This document shows, in pieces, positions 51,202 through 59,681 of a DNA stretch of 64,000 nucleotides (its first letter is position 1; every line of letters begins with the position of its first letter). The stretch spans positions 32,001-96,000 of the forward strand of contig OZ219791.1 of assembly GCA_964291215.2 (NCBI GenBank), written 5' to 3'. Below the pieces are notes generated by a model, which saw nothing but the letters and a program-made list of their open reading frames with translations, was not told where the DNA came from and ran no database searches. The stretch is from Alphaproteobacteria bacterium. Its GTDB lineage: Bacteria; Pseudomonadota; Alphaproteobacteria; MPNO01; UBA830. The position numbers and the translations under genes are program-made.

Positions 51202-51819
51202 CTAGCTCTCCCTACGCAATTCATCCGCCGCTTCGGCACAGGTAACGACCCGGCAAATGCTGCCAAGATCGGCAACGCTCGCCTCATGCGTCTCACGTTT
51301 GAAGGCCGCGCAACCGTCACTTAACAGCGTAATGCGGAAATCGCGCACATGCGCATCGCGCAGGGCCGAGGCGACACCGCCATTGGTGACGATCCCGCAG
51401 ATATAGAGCGCCTCAACTCCCGCCTTTTTCAAAACCCATTCCATCCGGGTCATGAAAAACGCCGAATAGGCAACCTTTTCCACTGAAATATCAGCCGGTT
51501 GCAATTCATCGACCAGAGCGTTCCCCCAACTTCCCGGCGCGAAATCGCCCTTGGTCAGGAAGGGCCGCAGTTTTTTCAAATGGGGCGAGATGAAGGGCTC
51601 GCCCCCCTTCCCTGGCACCAGCGTGAACTGGGTAGAAACCACCCAGCCACCTGCCGCCCGAATAGCCTCGGCCACCGGCAGCACACGTTCGGGCAAGGCG
51701 GCGATGTCGGGGCTGGACTGACCGCCTCGGGCATAGGCGCCATCAGCGTGCAAAAAGTCGTTCTGCAAATCGACGATCAAGAGCGCCGTCTTTGCCGCCT
51801 CTGTCCCATCCCAAGCCAT
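51202..51819 (-). CDS. Cysteine hydrolase (isochorismatase/maleamate amidohydrolase fold); residue at the usual Cys position appears to be Gly
   Basis: ALLIVDLQNDF, EKVAYSAF, GIVTNGGVASALRDA. Confidence 0.85.
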   Translation of the reverse strand: MAWDGTEAAKTALLIVDLQNDFLHADGAYARGGQSSPDIAALPERVLPVAEAIRAAGGWVVSTQFTLVPGKGGEPFISPHLKKLRPFLTKGDFAPGSWGNALVDELQPADISVEKVAYSAFFMTRMEWVLKKAGVEALYICGIVTNGGVASALRDAHVRDFRITLLSDGCAAFKRETHEASVADLGSICRVVTCAEAADELRRES

Positions 51820-51821
51820 GC

Positions 51822-53861
51822 CTATCCTTTCGTGATGATCAGATTTCCAGAGCGGTCCACCTCGCCCGAAAGACCGGGATCGATGAAAATCGTAGTGTCC
51901 GATTGCTCCAGAAGGGCCGGTCCCTCGATCCGCTCGCCCGCAGCAATTGCCAGACGTTCATAGACCGGCGCTTCGTGCCAGCCGCCCCCAGCATAAAGTC
52001 GGCGTGTGCCGGTGCGGCAATCCTCGCCCGCCTTCCCGCCCTCGGCCACAAGAAGCGCCATGTCGAGCGTGGGCCGCCGTCCGATCACCGCAACGCGGTG
52101 GTTCATAACACGGCGCGGGATGTCATCAAGCAACCGCCCGTAGGAGGCGCGATAGGCCGCGTCAAAGGCCGCGGTGATACTGTCGCGGTCGATCCGGCCC
52201 GCTTCGACCGGCACACTGACGGTGTGGGTCTGGCCGACATACAGCATGTCGAACTCGACCTCGATATCGATCCCTGAGAAACTGACGCCCGAAGCACGAA
52301 TTAGCTCTGTCGCCGCCTCGGCGGTCTGTCCGATCTCATCCGAGAGAGCGTCCATGTCGATCTCGTCCAAAAGACGGTTCACGGTCTGAACCCGGTCGTG
52401 CCGCATATCCGCTACGACACATCCCAAAGCTGAGGTCACCCCCGGATAGCGCGGCACCAGCGCAGACCGCAGCCCGACCTCTTCGATCAGCGCGCCGGTG
52501 TGCAGGGCACCGCCACCGCCAAAGGGCATGGCCGAGAACTTGCCGGGATCGTGGCCGCGTTCGATGGACACCAGTCGGATCGCGCCCGCCATCTTGGCGT
52601 TGGCGACGCGCAAAACCGCTTCGGCGGCATCCTCTGCCGACAAGCCAAGGGGACCACCCACCTCGGCCTCGATGGCCGCCCGCGCCGCTGCAATATCAAG
52701 TGCGTCGAGCTTGCCGCCGATGGGCCGGTCGGGATTGATCCGGCCAAGCACCAGATTGGCATCGGTCACCGTGGGCCTTGTGTTACCCAGCCCGTAACAG
52801 ACCGGCCCCGGATCTGAGCCTGCCGATTCCGGGCCAATCTGCAACAATCCGCTGGCGTCCACATGGGCGATCGAGCCGCCGCCCGCCCCGATCGTCGTGA
52901 TCTCGATCATCGGGGTCCGCACCACCATGCCGAAGTCTATGGCGGTCTGCGCGGCCAGCGCCGCCTCGCCATCCGCTACAAGCGAGACGTCAAAGGACGT
53001 GCCGCCCATGTCGCAGGTGATGATGTTTTCCAACCCGGCCGCCGAGGCAATGGCGCGCGCCGCAATTACGCCGGCGGCCGGACCGGACAAAGCCGTGCGC
53101 ACGGGGTAGCGCTTGGCCACATCAATCGCCATCACGCCGCCGTTAGACTGCACAATCAGGACATCACCGTTGAAATCCCGCGCGCCAAGCCCCTCTTCCA
53201 ACCCGTCGAGATAAGACGAAACCACAGGCTGCAGACAGGCGTTGAGCGTCGCGGTCGACAGCCGCTCGAACTCCCGTATCTCAGGCAGTATCTCGGTTGC
53301 CGCCGTCACATAGGTATTGGGCCAGACGCTGCGCACGGCTTCCACTGCGATCTTCTCGTTCGCATCGTTGGCATAGCCGTTGATGAAGAAGACACAGACG
53401 GCCTCGCAACCTGCCTCAGACAACTTCCGCGCCTTTGCCGCAACCTCTTCCGGGTCCACCGGCGCGCGCAAGGTACCGTCCGCCAAGACCCGTTCGGTCA
53501 CCTCCAGCCGCCGGTTGCGTGGCACGACCGGTTCAAACGCCCCCCGAAGCCCCCAGGTGGTCGGCCGGTCGCGGCGGCGCATCTCAAGCACGTCTGCAAA
53601 ACCTTCGGTTGTGATGATCCCCGTGGGCGCACCCTTCCTTTCCAGAAGCGCGTTCGTGCCCACGGTCGTTCCGTGAATGACAGTCCCTATTTCGCTGAAA
53701 TCAGGCACCTTTTGCTCGATGCCCTCGACAAACCCCCGCGACTGGTCGCCCCGGGTGGAGGGCACCTTGTTCACCAGTATCCGCTTCGAGGCCTCATCCA
53801 GGATGAACACATCCGTAAAGGTTCCGCCCACATCGACACCGATCACATAGCCCGCACTCAC
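51822..53861 (-). CDS. Hydantoinase/oxoprolinase subunit A
   Basis: GVDVGGTFTD, HGTTVGTNALLERKG, LSGPAAG, DMGGTSFD, GAGGGSIA. Confidence 0.93.
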   Translation of the reverse strand: MSAGYVIGVDVGGTFTDVFILDEASKRILVNKVPSTRGDQSRGFVEGIEQKVPDFSEIGTVIHGTTVGTNALLERKGAPTGIITTEGFADVLEMRRRDRPTTWGLRGAFEPVVPRNRRLEVTERVLADGTLRAPVDPEEVAAKARKLSEAGCEAVCVFFINGYANDANEKIAVEAVRSVWPNTYVTAATEILPEIREFERLSTATLNACLQPVVSSYLDGLEEGLGARDFNGDVLIVQSNGGVMAIDVAKRYPVRTALSGPAAGVIAARAIASAAGLENIITCDMGGTSFDVSLVADGEAALAAQTAIDFGMVVRTPMIEITTIGAGGGSIAHVDASGLLQIGPESAGSDPGPVCYGLGNTRPTVTDANLVLGRINPDRPIGGKLDALDIAAARAAIEAEVGGPLGLSAEDAAEAVLRVANAKMAGAIRLVSIERGHDPGKFSAMPFGGGGALHTGALIEEVGLRSALVPRYPGVTSALGCVVADMRHDRVQTVNRLLDEIDMDALSDEIGQTAEAATELIRASGVSFSGIDIEVEFDMLYVGQTHTVSVPVEAGRIDRDSITAAFDAAYRASYGRLLDDIPRRVMNHRVAVIGRRPTLDMALLVAEGGKAGEDCRTGTRRLYAGGGWHEAPVYERLAIAAGERIEGPALLEQSDTTIFIDPGLSGEVDRSGNLIITKG

Positions 53862-55513
53862 GACGATGGTCCTTCGCTCACATAGCCAAGTGCGAGATCA
53901 CGCGACCTTGCCTCGGACGACCGATCCGAAGGATCGCCATAGCCCCCGCCTCCCGGTGTTTTCAGACGCACGCGTTGCCCACGGCTGAGGTGAATGCCGA
54001 CCATCTTCGAAACCATCGGCGGCGAATGCTCGCCGTCGGTTTGCTCGTAGTAAAACCGGTTCAACGCCCCCGGCCCGCCGCCCACCACTCCCGGCGGAGG
54101 GTGTTTGCCGCGCTCGCCAAAGAGGAACGCGTTTGCCTCTTCTTCCAGCAATTCGATCTCGTAAACCGCACCAAGCCCGCCCCGATACTTGCCATCGCCG
54201 CCGCTGTCGGGGCGCAGCGCCCACTTCGTGAAACAGACCGGATAGGCCGCCTCAAGAATCTCCAAGGGCGGAATCGTCGCCGTCGAGATCGGCGCATTGC
54301 CGTGGTTCAGCCCGTCGCCATCGCTATGGGCGCCATGTCCGCCACCAAAGAACGAAAACATCACCCAACGGCGCCCATCCGCCCGGTGCCCCGCCAACGA
54401 CAGCGCGTTGATCGTGCCATAGGCGCAGGCCATCGCCCGTTCCGACGCAAGCTGGGCCACCACCTGAAAGACCACATCGATCAGCCGCAGGATGGTTTCC
54501 GTATAGCCTCCCACCGGCTTCGGCGCTTCCACCGACAGGATCGAGGCAGGGTCGATCCTGAACTCCACCGGTTCCAGCACGCCGGCATTAGCGGGCACAT
54601 CGCCAAAGATGTGCTTCAGCGCCACATAACAGGCCGCCACGGTTGTCGAGCGCGAGATGTTCACCGGCCCCTGGCAGGCAGGCGACGATCGGGTGAAGTC
54701 CATCACCATCCGGTCGCCATCAATTGTCAGATCAAGCGCGATTTTCAGGGGTTCATTCGTGATCCCGTCATTGTCCAGCCAATCCTCGGCGGAAACGGTG
54801 CCTGAGGGCAGGTTTCGAATTTGCGCGCACATCATCGTCGCCGCGCGCTCCTTCAAGGCCGAAAGCACGGTCGAGGCCGTGTCGACCCCATACTCCTCCA
54901 GAAGTTGCCCAACACGCCGTTCGCCCAACTCCAGCGCATTGATCTGCCCGTTGAGATCTCCATAGAGCGACATCGGCAAGCGGCTGTTGGCCGAAAGGAT
55001 ATCGACAATATCCTGACGAAATTCGCCCCGGTCATAAAGCTTCACCGGTGGGATCAGCATGCCTTCCTGAAACGCTTCGGTCGCTGCCGGGTTGTAATTG
55101 CCGGGCACATTACCGCCCACGTCATGCCAATGGCCGACCGAGGCCAGAAAACAGAACAATTCGTCATCGCGAAACACCGGCTTCACCAGCCGGAAGTCCG
55201 ACAGATGGGTACCGCCGTCATAAGGGTCATTGAAAATCCAGACATCCCCAGGGTTCAGCCCGTCCCGCTCGGCCGCCTTGTCGATCACCGCTTTCACCGC
55301 AAAGGCCATGACACCTACAAAGATTGGCAGCCCGGATTTGCCCTGAATCAATGTCTCGCCGGTGACCGCGTCATAGATGCCATGGCTCGCGTCATGCGCC
55401 TCTGCGATGATCGGGTTGAAAGCCGAACGAAACAGCGTGGCGTCCATTTCGTCTGCGATCTGTTCAAAGCGACCCTTCAAGATGGCGGTGGTGACCGCGT
55501 CGACATCTGCCAT
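53858..55513 (-). CDS. Hydantoinase/oxoprolinase subunit B
   Basis: NDPYDGGTHLSD, HWHDVGG, DSGGDGKYRGGLG, TPGGGGYGDP. Confidence 0.93.
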   Translation of the reverse strand: MADVDAVTTAILKGRFEQIADEMDATLFRSAFNPIIAEAHDASHGIYDAVTGETLIQGKSGLPIFVGVMAFAVKAVIDKAAERDGLNPGDVWIFNDPYDGGTHLSDFRLVKPVFRDDELFCFLASVGHWHDVGGNVPGNYNPAATEAFQEGMLIPPVKLYDRGEFRQDIVDILSANSRLPMSLYGDLNGQINALELGERRVGQLLEEYGVDTASTVLSALKERAATMMCAQIRNLPSGTVSAEDWLDNDGITNEPLKIALDLTIDGDRMVMDFTRSSPACQGPVNISRSTTVAACYVALKHIFGDVPANAGVLEPVEFRIDPASILSVEAPKPVGGYTETILRLIDVVFQVVAQLASERAMACAYGTINALSLAGHRADGRRWVMFSFFGGGHGAHSDGDGLNHGNAPISTATIPPLEILEAAYPVCFTKWALRPDSGGDGKYRGGLGAVYEIELLEEEANAFLFGERGKHPPPGVVGGGPGALNRFYYEQTDGEHSPPMVSKMVGIHLSRGQRVRLKTPGGGGYGDPSDRSSEARSRDLALGYVSEGPSS

Positions 55514-56376
55514 CAGCTATTGTCCTCATAGTCCTTGCCCAAGGCCAGCAGGTCTGCCGTCCCGATTAGTTCGTTTAGACCCTGAAAATCGTACATCCGG
55601 TTGCGGAAGGCCGCGTTCGACCCATTGGCCAGAACGTTCTGATAATAGTCGACAGCCGTCGCCGACAGGGCCCGCACGACCCCGCCCGGGAAGATCACCA
55701 GATCGAACCCCAGACTTTCCAAGTCGGCGGCATCGGTTACCGGTGTCTTGCCGCCTTCAACCATATTTGCCATCAAGGGCACCCGGTCGCCGAATGAGCG
55801 CGTGATTGTTTCCATCTCGTCACGCGACTGCGGCGCCTCAACGAAAAGCACGTCGGCCCCGGCCTCAAGATAAGCCTCGGCGCGATGCATCGCGGCATAG
55901 AACCCCTCGACCGCAATGGCATCGGTGCGGGCGATCACAAGGGTTTCGCCGCTGTCTCGCGCATCGCAGGCGGCGCATACCCTGCCCGCCATTTCCTCTT
56001 TCGAGATCAGCGTCTTGCCGTCCAGATGCCCGCAGCGTTTCGGCAGGGTTTGGTCCTCGAACTGAAGCGCATTTGCGCCCATACGTTCGAAGACCCGCAT
56101 GGTACGCTGAACATTCAGGGCATTGCTGAACCCGTTGTCGGCATCGACGATGATCGGCAATGCGATCCGATCGCGCAGAACGGCGATGGTGTCAGACACC
56201 TCGCTCATCGAGACGAGGCCAATGTCGGGTCTGCCAAACCGGGTATAGGCGATGGAGGCCCCTGACAGATAGACGGCGCGCGCGCCCGACTGTTCGGTGA
56301 CCAGTCCGGTAAGTGCGTCGAACACACCCGGAGCCAGCAGGATATCAGATGCATTGAGAAGCGATTTGAGGCTCAT
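55513..56376 (-). CDS. Isocitrate lyase/PEP mutase family lyase (2,3-dimethylmalate or methylisocitrate lyase-like)
   Basis: APGVFDAL, VDADNG, EDQTLPKRCGH, IARTDA, ANMVEGGKTP. Confidence 0.9.
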   Translation of the reverse strand: MSLKSLLNASDILLAPGVFDALTGLVTEQSGARAVYLSGASIAYTRFGRPDIGLVSMSEVSDTIAVLRDRIALPIIVDADNGFSNALNVQRTMRVFERMGANALQFEDQTLPKRCGHLDGKTLISKEEMAGRVCAACDARDSGETLVIARTDAIAVEGFYAAMHRAEAYLEAGADVLFVEAPQSRDEMETITRSFGDRVPLMANMVEGGKTPVTDAADLESLGFDLVIFPGGVVRALSATAVDYYQNVLANGSNAAFRNRMYDFQGLNELIGTADLLALGKDYEDNS

Positions 56377-56855
56377 GGCCGGGCTTTCGCGAAACGTTTT
56401 TTCAGATGCAGAACCAGACCGCCATCGGCAAGCAAGACTTGCAGGTTTGCGGGAATCTGCTCCAAGACAACGTCCTGCCCCCCGACAGTCAGGGTCCCGG
56501 TATCGAGATCAAGTGTGCAGGCATCGCCATCGGAAATGCCGCTCTCATCGGGCACCACCAGAACCGGCAGCCCCAGGTTGATGGCGTTTCGATAGAATAT
56601 CCCGGCAAAGGACTGCGCAATCACAGCCGCCAGACCGAGATGTTTCAACGCCTCCGCCGCCTGCTCGCGCGATGAACCCGCACCGAAATTCTGCCCCGCG
56701 ACGATCACGTCGCCGGGGCGCACGCTACCTGCAAAATCGGGCCGGATCGCCTCAAGGCAGTGGGCGGCAAGCGCTTCGACCCCGCCCCGCATGTATTGCC
56801 CCGGCGCAAGCTGGTCGGTGTCGATGTTGTCACCCAGACGAAAGACCCGCCCCAT
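56373..56855 (-). CDS. LeuD/DmdB-like hydratase small subunit
   Basis: GDNIDTDQLAP, NFGAGSSREQA, SFAGIFYRNAINLGL. Confidence 0.9.
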   Translation of the reverse strand: MGRVFRLGDNIDTDQLAPGQYMRGGVEALAAHCLEAIRPDFAGSVRPGDVIVAGQNFGAGSSREQAAEALKHLGLAAVIAQSFAGIFYRNAINLGLPVLVVPDESGISDGDACTLDLDTGTLTVGGQDVVLEQIPANLQVLLADGGLVLHLKKRFAKARP

Positions 56856-58132
56856 CACGTCACCTGCCTTTCGCTCAGAAACTCTCGCGGGTTCGCAATC
56901 TCTCCGGCGACCGCCGAGGCGGCCACAGTCAGGGGCGAAGCCAGCCAGACCTCGGACGTCGGGTCGCCCATGCGCCCCTTGAAGTTTCGCGCCGTGGACG
57001 AGATGCAACGCGTTCCAGCCTCCAACCGTTCCGAGCCATAGCCCGCACAGATTCCACAGGCATTCGGCAGAATCCGCGCTCCTGCGTTCTCAAAGACGCC
57101 CAGAATGCCATCGGCCGCCGCGCGGTCCTGATCGCGCTTCGATGAAGGGGCCACCAAAAGCGTTATGCCAGACGCCAGCTTCCGGCCCCTCAGAATCTCG
57201 GCGGCGTTTTTCAGATCCTCGTATTTTGCGCCGGTACAGGCACCGATATAGGCAACGTCCAGAGCGGTTTGCGGCGCATCGCCCACGTCCATCGCGTTCG
57301 CGGGCGAATGGGGTGCGGCAACCTGCGGTTCAAGCTGCCCGGCATCAAAGACGTGGTGCTCGCCCAAGGCGGCTCCCCGATCGGTGCAAAGCCGCTCGCC
57401 TTCCGTCGCGTCTGTCCCGGCAGCCCGCAAGAACGAATAGGTCGTTGCATCGGGGGCGATCAAGCCGGCCTGCGCGCCAAGTTCGGCGGCCATATTGGAA
57501 AGCGTCATGCGTTCCTGCATCGAAAGGGCCGAGATCGCCTCGCCGGTATACTCAACTGCCTGATATCTGCCGCCATCCATGCCAAGGCGTCCACAAAGCG
57601 CCAGCATGATGTCCTTTGCCACGACGCCATGCCCCAGCCGTCCGGTCCATTCCAAAAGGATGGTCTCGGGCACTTTCAGCCAGATTTCCCCGGTCGCCAG
57701 CACACCCGCCATCTCCGTTGCGCCGACCCCGAACATATAGGCCCCAAAGGCTCCACCTGTCGGCGAATGGCTGTCGCCGCCAACCACCAACATGCCCGGC
57801 TTCAGGTGCCCGCGTTCCGGCAGGACCACATGGCAGATGCCTTCCCCGTCGTGAAAGGCCACGCCCTTTTCCGCCGCCCACTGGCGGGTCAGCGCCAGAA
57901 TGCCTGCGCCTTCGTCCGTATCACCAGGAACGAAATGATCCGAGATCAACACAACCTTCGACGGGTCCCAAAGACCGACCCCCAACTCCCGAAGGATCGG
58001 TTCGACGCGACGTGGACCGCCGCTATCGTGGATCATGGCAAGGTCAACGCCGACTGTGACCACCTCCCCCGGTTCTACCCGATCGCGGCACGCAGCGCGC
58101 GCAATGATCTTCTGCGCCAGTGTGGCGCTCAT
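56855..58132 (-). CDS. LeuC/DmdA-like [4Fe-4S] hydratase large subunit
   Basis: GICH, GDSHS, IGACTG, CGICAG, STARNFKGRMG. Confidence 0.92.
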   Translation of the reverse strand: MSATLAQKIIARAACRDRVEPGEVVTVGVDLAMIHDSGGPRRVEPILRELGVGLWDPSKVVLISDHFVPGDTDEGAGILALTRQWAAEKGVAFHDGEGICHVVLPERGHLKPGMLVVGGDSHSPTGGAFGAYMFGVGATEMAGVLATGEIWLKVPETILLEWTGRLGHGVVAKDIMLALCGRLGMDGGRYQAVEYTGEAISALSMQERMTLSNMAAELGAQAGLIAPDATTYSFLRAAGTDATEGERLCTDRGAALGEHHVFDAGQLEPQVAAPHSPANAMDVGDAPQTALDVAYIGACTGAKYEDLKNAAEILRGRKLASGITLLVAPSSKRDQDRAAADGILGVFENAGARILPNACGICAGYGSERLEAGTRCISSTARNFKGRMGDPTSEVWLASPLTVAASAVAGEIANPREFLSERQVT

Positions 58133-58905
58133 GACCTTGTGGCTTTCGGTGACGCGGCCTCGCCCGGATCGTGCTCCATGGAGATTTCGAACCGGTAGAG
58201 ATCAGGGCGATAGAGCACGCGAATGAACTGAACCGGCCGGCCTATGTCATCGCGCACCACACGTTCCACCTCGATCAACGGGCTGCCCACCGGAATTCCA
58301 AGCACGCCCGCCACCGGCGGGTCAGCCAGCGTCGCGGTCAATGTCTGGCGCGCCGCCGCAATCGTGACACCCGCCCGCTCAAGCAGCTTGTGAAGCGGGT
58401 TGTTGCCCAGGTCCTTCCGCTTGTAGCGCCGCCCGATATCCTCGGGCACATAGGTGATCAGATGGGAAAACGGCTCGCCGTTCTGTCGCCGAATGCGCAC
58501 GGTGTGCTGCACGGTCTCGCCCGGCTCGATCTCCAACGCCGCAGCCACTTCCACCGGCACCGGCACATAGTCGAACTCCAGCACCTGCGCCGAGGTGCGC
58601 TGTCCCATGGCACTGACATTCTCGCGCCAACCATCGATGGACGCACTGAAAACTGGCGACAGTTGATTGTCCAGCACCCGTGTACCGCGCCCCCGTTCGC
58701 GCGCCACAAGACCGGCCTGAGCCAGCTCGTTCATCGCCCGCTTGGCCGTGATCCGCGACACGCCGTATTCGGCGCAAAGATCGTTCTCGCTGGGCAGATA
58801 GGCCCCGGCGGCAATCGCACCCGACCGAATCCGATTGGTCAGAAGTGCAACCATCTGCTGGTAAAGCGGCATCCCGGCTGCCCGATCGAGCAAGCTCTCC
58901 GCCAC
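58129..58905 (-). CDS. GntR-family regulator (HutC/UTRA subfamily)
   Basis: PLYQQM..LPSENDLCAEYGVSRITAKRA..RGRGT plus a UTRA-like C-terminal domain. GTG start follows GGAGAA. Confidence 0.92.
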   Translation of the reverse strand: MAESLLDRAAGMPLYQQMVALLTNRIRSGAIAAGAYLPSENDLCAEYGVSRITAKRAMNELAQAGLVARERGRGTRVLDNQLSPVFSASIDGWRENVSAMGQRTSAQVLEFDYVPVPVEVAAALEIEPGETVQHTVRIRRQNGEPFSHLITYVPEDIGRRYKRKDLGNNPLHKLLERAGVTIAAARQTLTATLADPPVAGVLGIPVGSPLIEVERVVRDDIGRPVQFIRVLYRPDLYRFEISMEHDPGEAASPKATRS

Positions 58906-58973
58906 TTCTCCGCGTTCCTGTAGAGGCTGCTTGACTTGCACCGTTAGGAATCCTGAATCCAATCGTGGGCAGA

Positions 58974-59002
58974 ATGGTATATTGATATATCATTAGGTCA
59001 AC
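58974..59002. promoter_or_regulatory. 29-bp operator-like site, copy B, between the divergent gntR and dctQ genes
   Basis: ATGGTATATTGATATATCATTAGGTCAAC. Confidence 0.75.
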
Positions 59003-59091
59003 TGGGAATGGAAGCGTCTTCAAAGACTCGACACGGGGAGCATTGGGACAACCATGATCAAGACAACATCGTGTAGTTGCGGGAGTCAGCG

Positions 59092-59553
59092 GTGAATACG
59101 CTGCGGTTGCTGGACGATTGGTTGGAGAAGGCGCTCTTCTACATTTCGGGAATCCTCTTGATGATCATTGCAGGAGCCGTCTTCTATGCGGTGACTATGC
59201 GCTATGCGTTCAACGAACCGCCGCTTTGGGCGGATGAGGCTCCGCGCGCTTTCTTTCTCTGGATGACATATCTCGGAATCGTTGTGGCGACGAAGCGCGG
59301 CCAGAACATTCGGGTTACCCATTTCATCGACAAGGTGCCGGCCTACCCGCGCCTCATCCTCGAAACTTTCATGTATATCCTCGTGTTGATCATGCTGGTG
59401 GCCCTGGTCTGGTACAACATCCCGATCCTGAAACTTCAATCGGGCGGAAGCATGCTATCGACTGGGTGGAGCTTCCTCTGGCTTTATGCCCCTGTTTCTG
59501 TCGGCTGCGGCTTGATGGTTATCTATCAGGCCCGACTGATGGTTCGGTCCTAG
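59092..59553 (+). CDS. TRAP transporter small permease (DctQ), probably cut at its 3' end; dctM/dctP absent downstream
   Basis: VTMRYAFNEPPLWADEAPR..WMTYLG..NIRV. The stop lies inside a CTAG followed by unrelated DNA. Confidence 0.85.
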   Translation: MNTLRLLDDWLEKALFYISGILLMIIAGAVFYAVTMRYAFNEPPLWADEAPRAFFLWMTYLGIVVATKRGQNIRVTHFIDKVPAYPRLILETFMYILVLIMLVALVWYNIPILKLQSGGSMLSTGWSFLWLYAPVSVGCGLMVIYQARLMVRS

Positions 59554-59681
59554 CCTGACTACAAGTCGAAGACCTGAGGAGGCTGACATACTATTCCTGT
59601 AAGTGCGACAGGGGGTGCCTATTGTCCCCTTAGCTACTATAGGACAATGGTTTATAGGGTTTCCACCTCGCCAAACATGGA

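Noticed and set aside
56373-58132. leuC/leuD of leucine biosynthesis
   Set aside because: Short DmdAB/HacAB-type subunits in a catabolic operon with no leuB, so the symbols were withheld.
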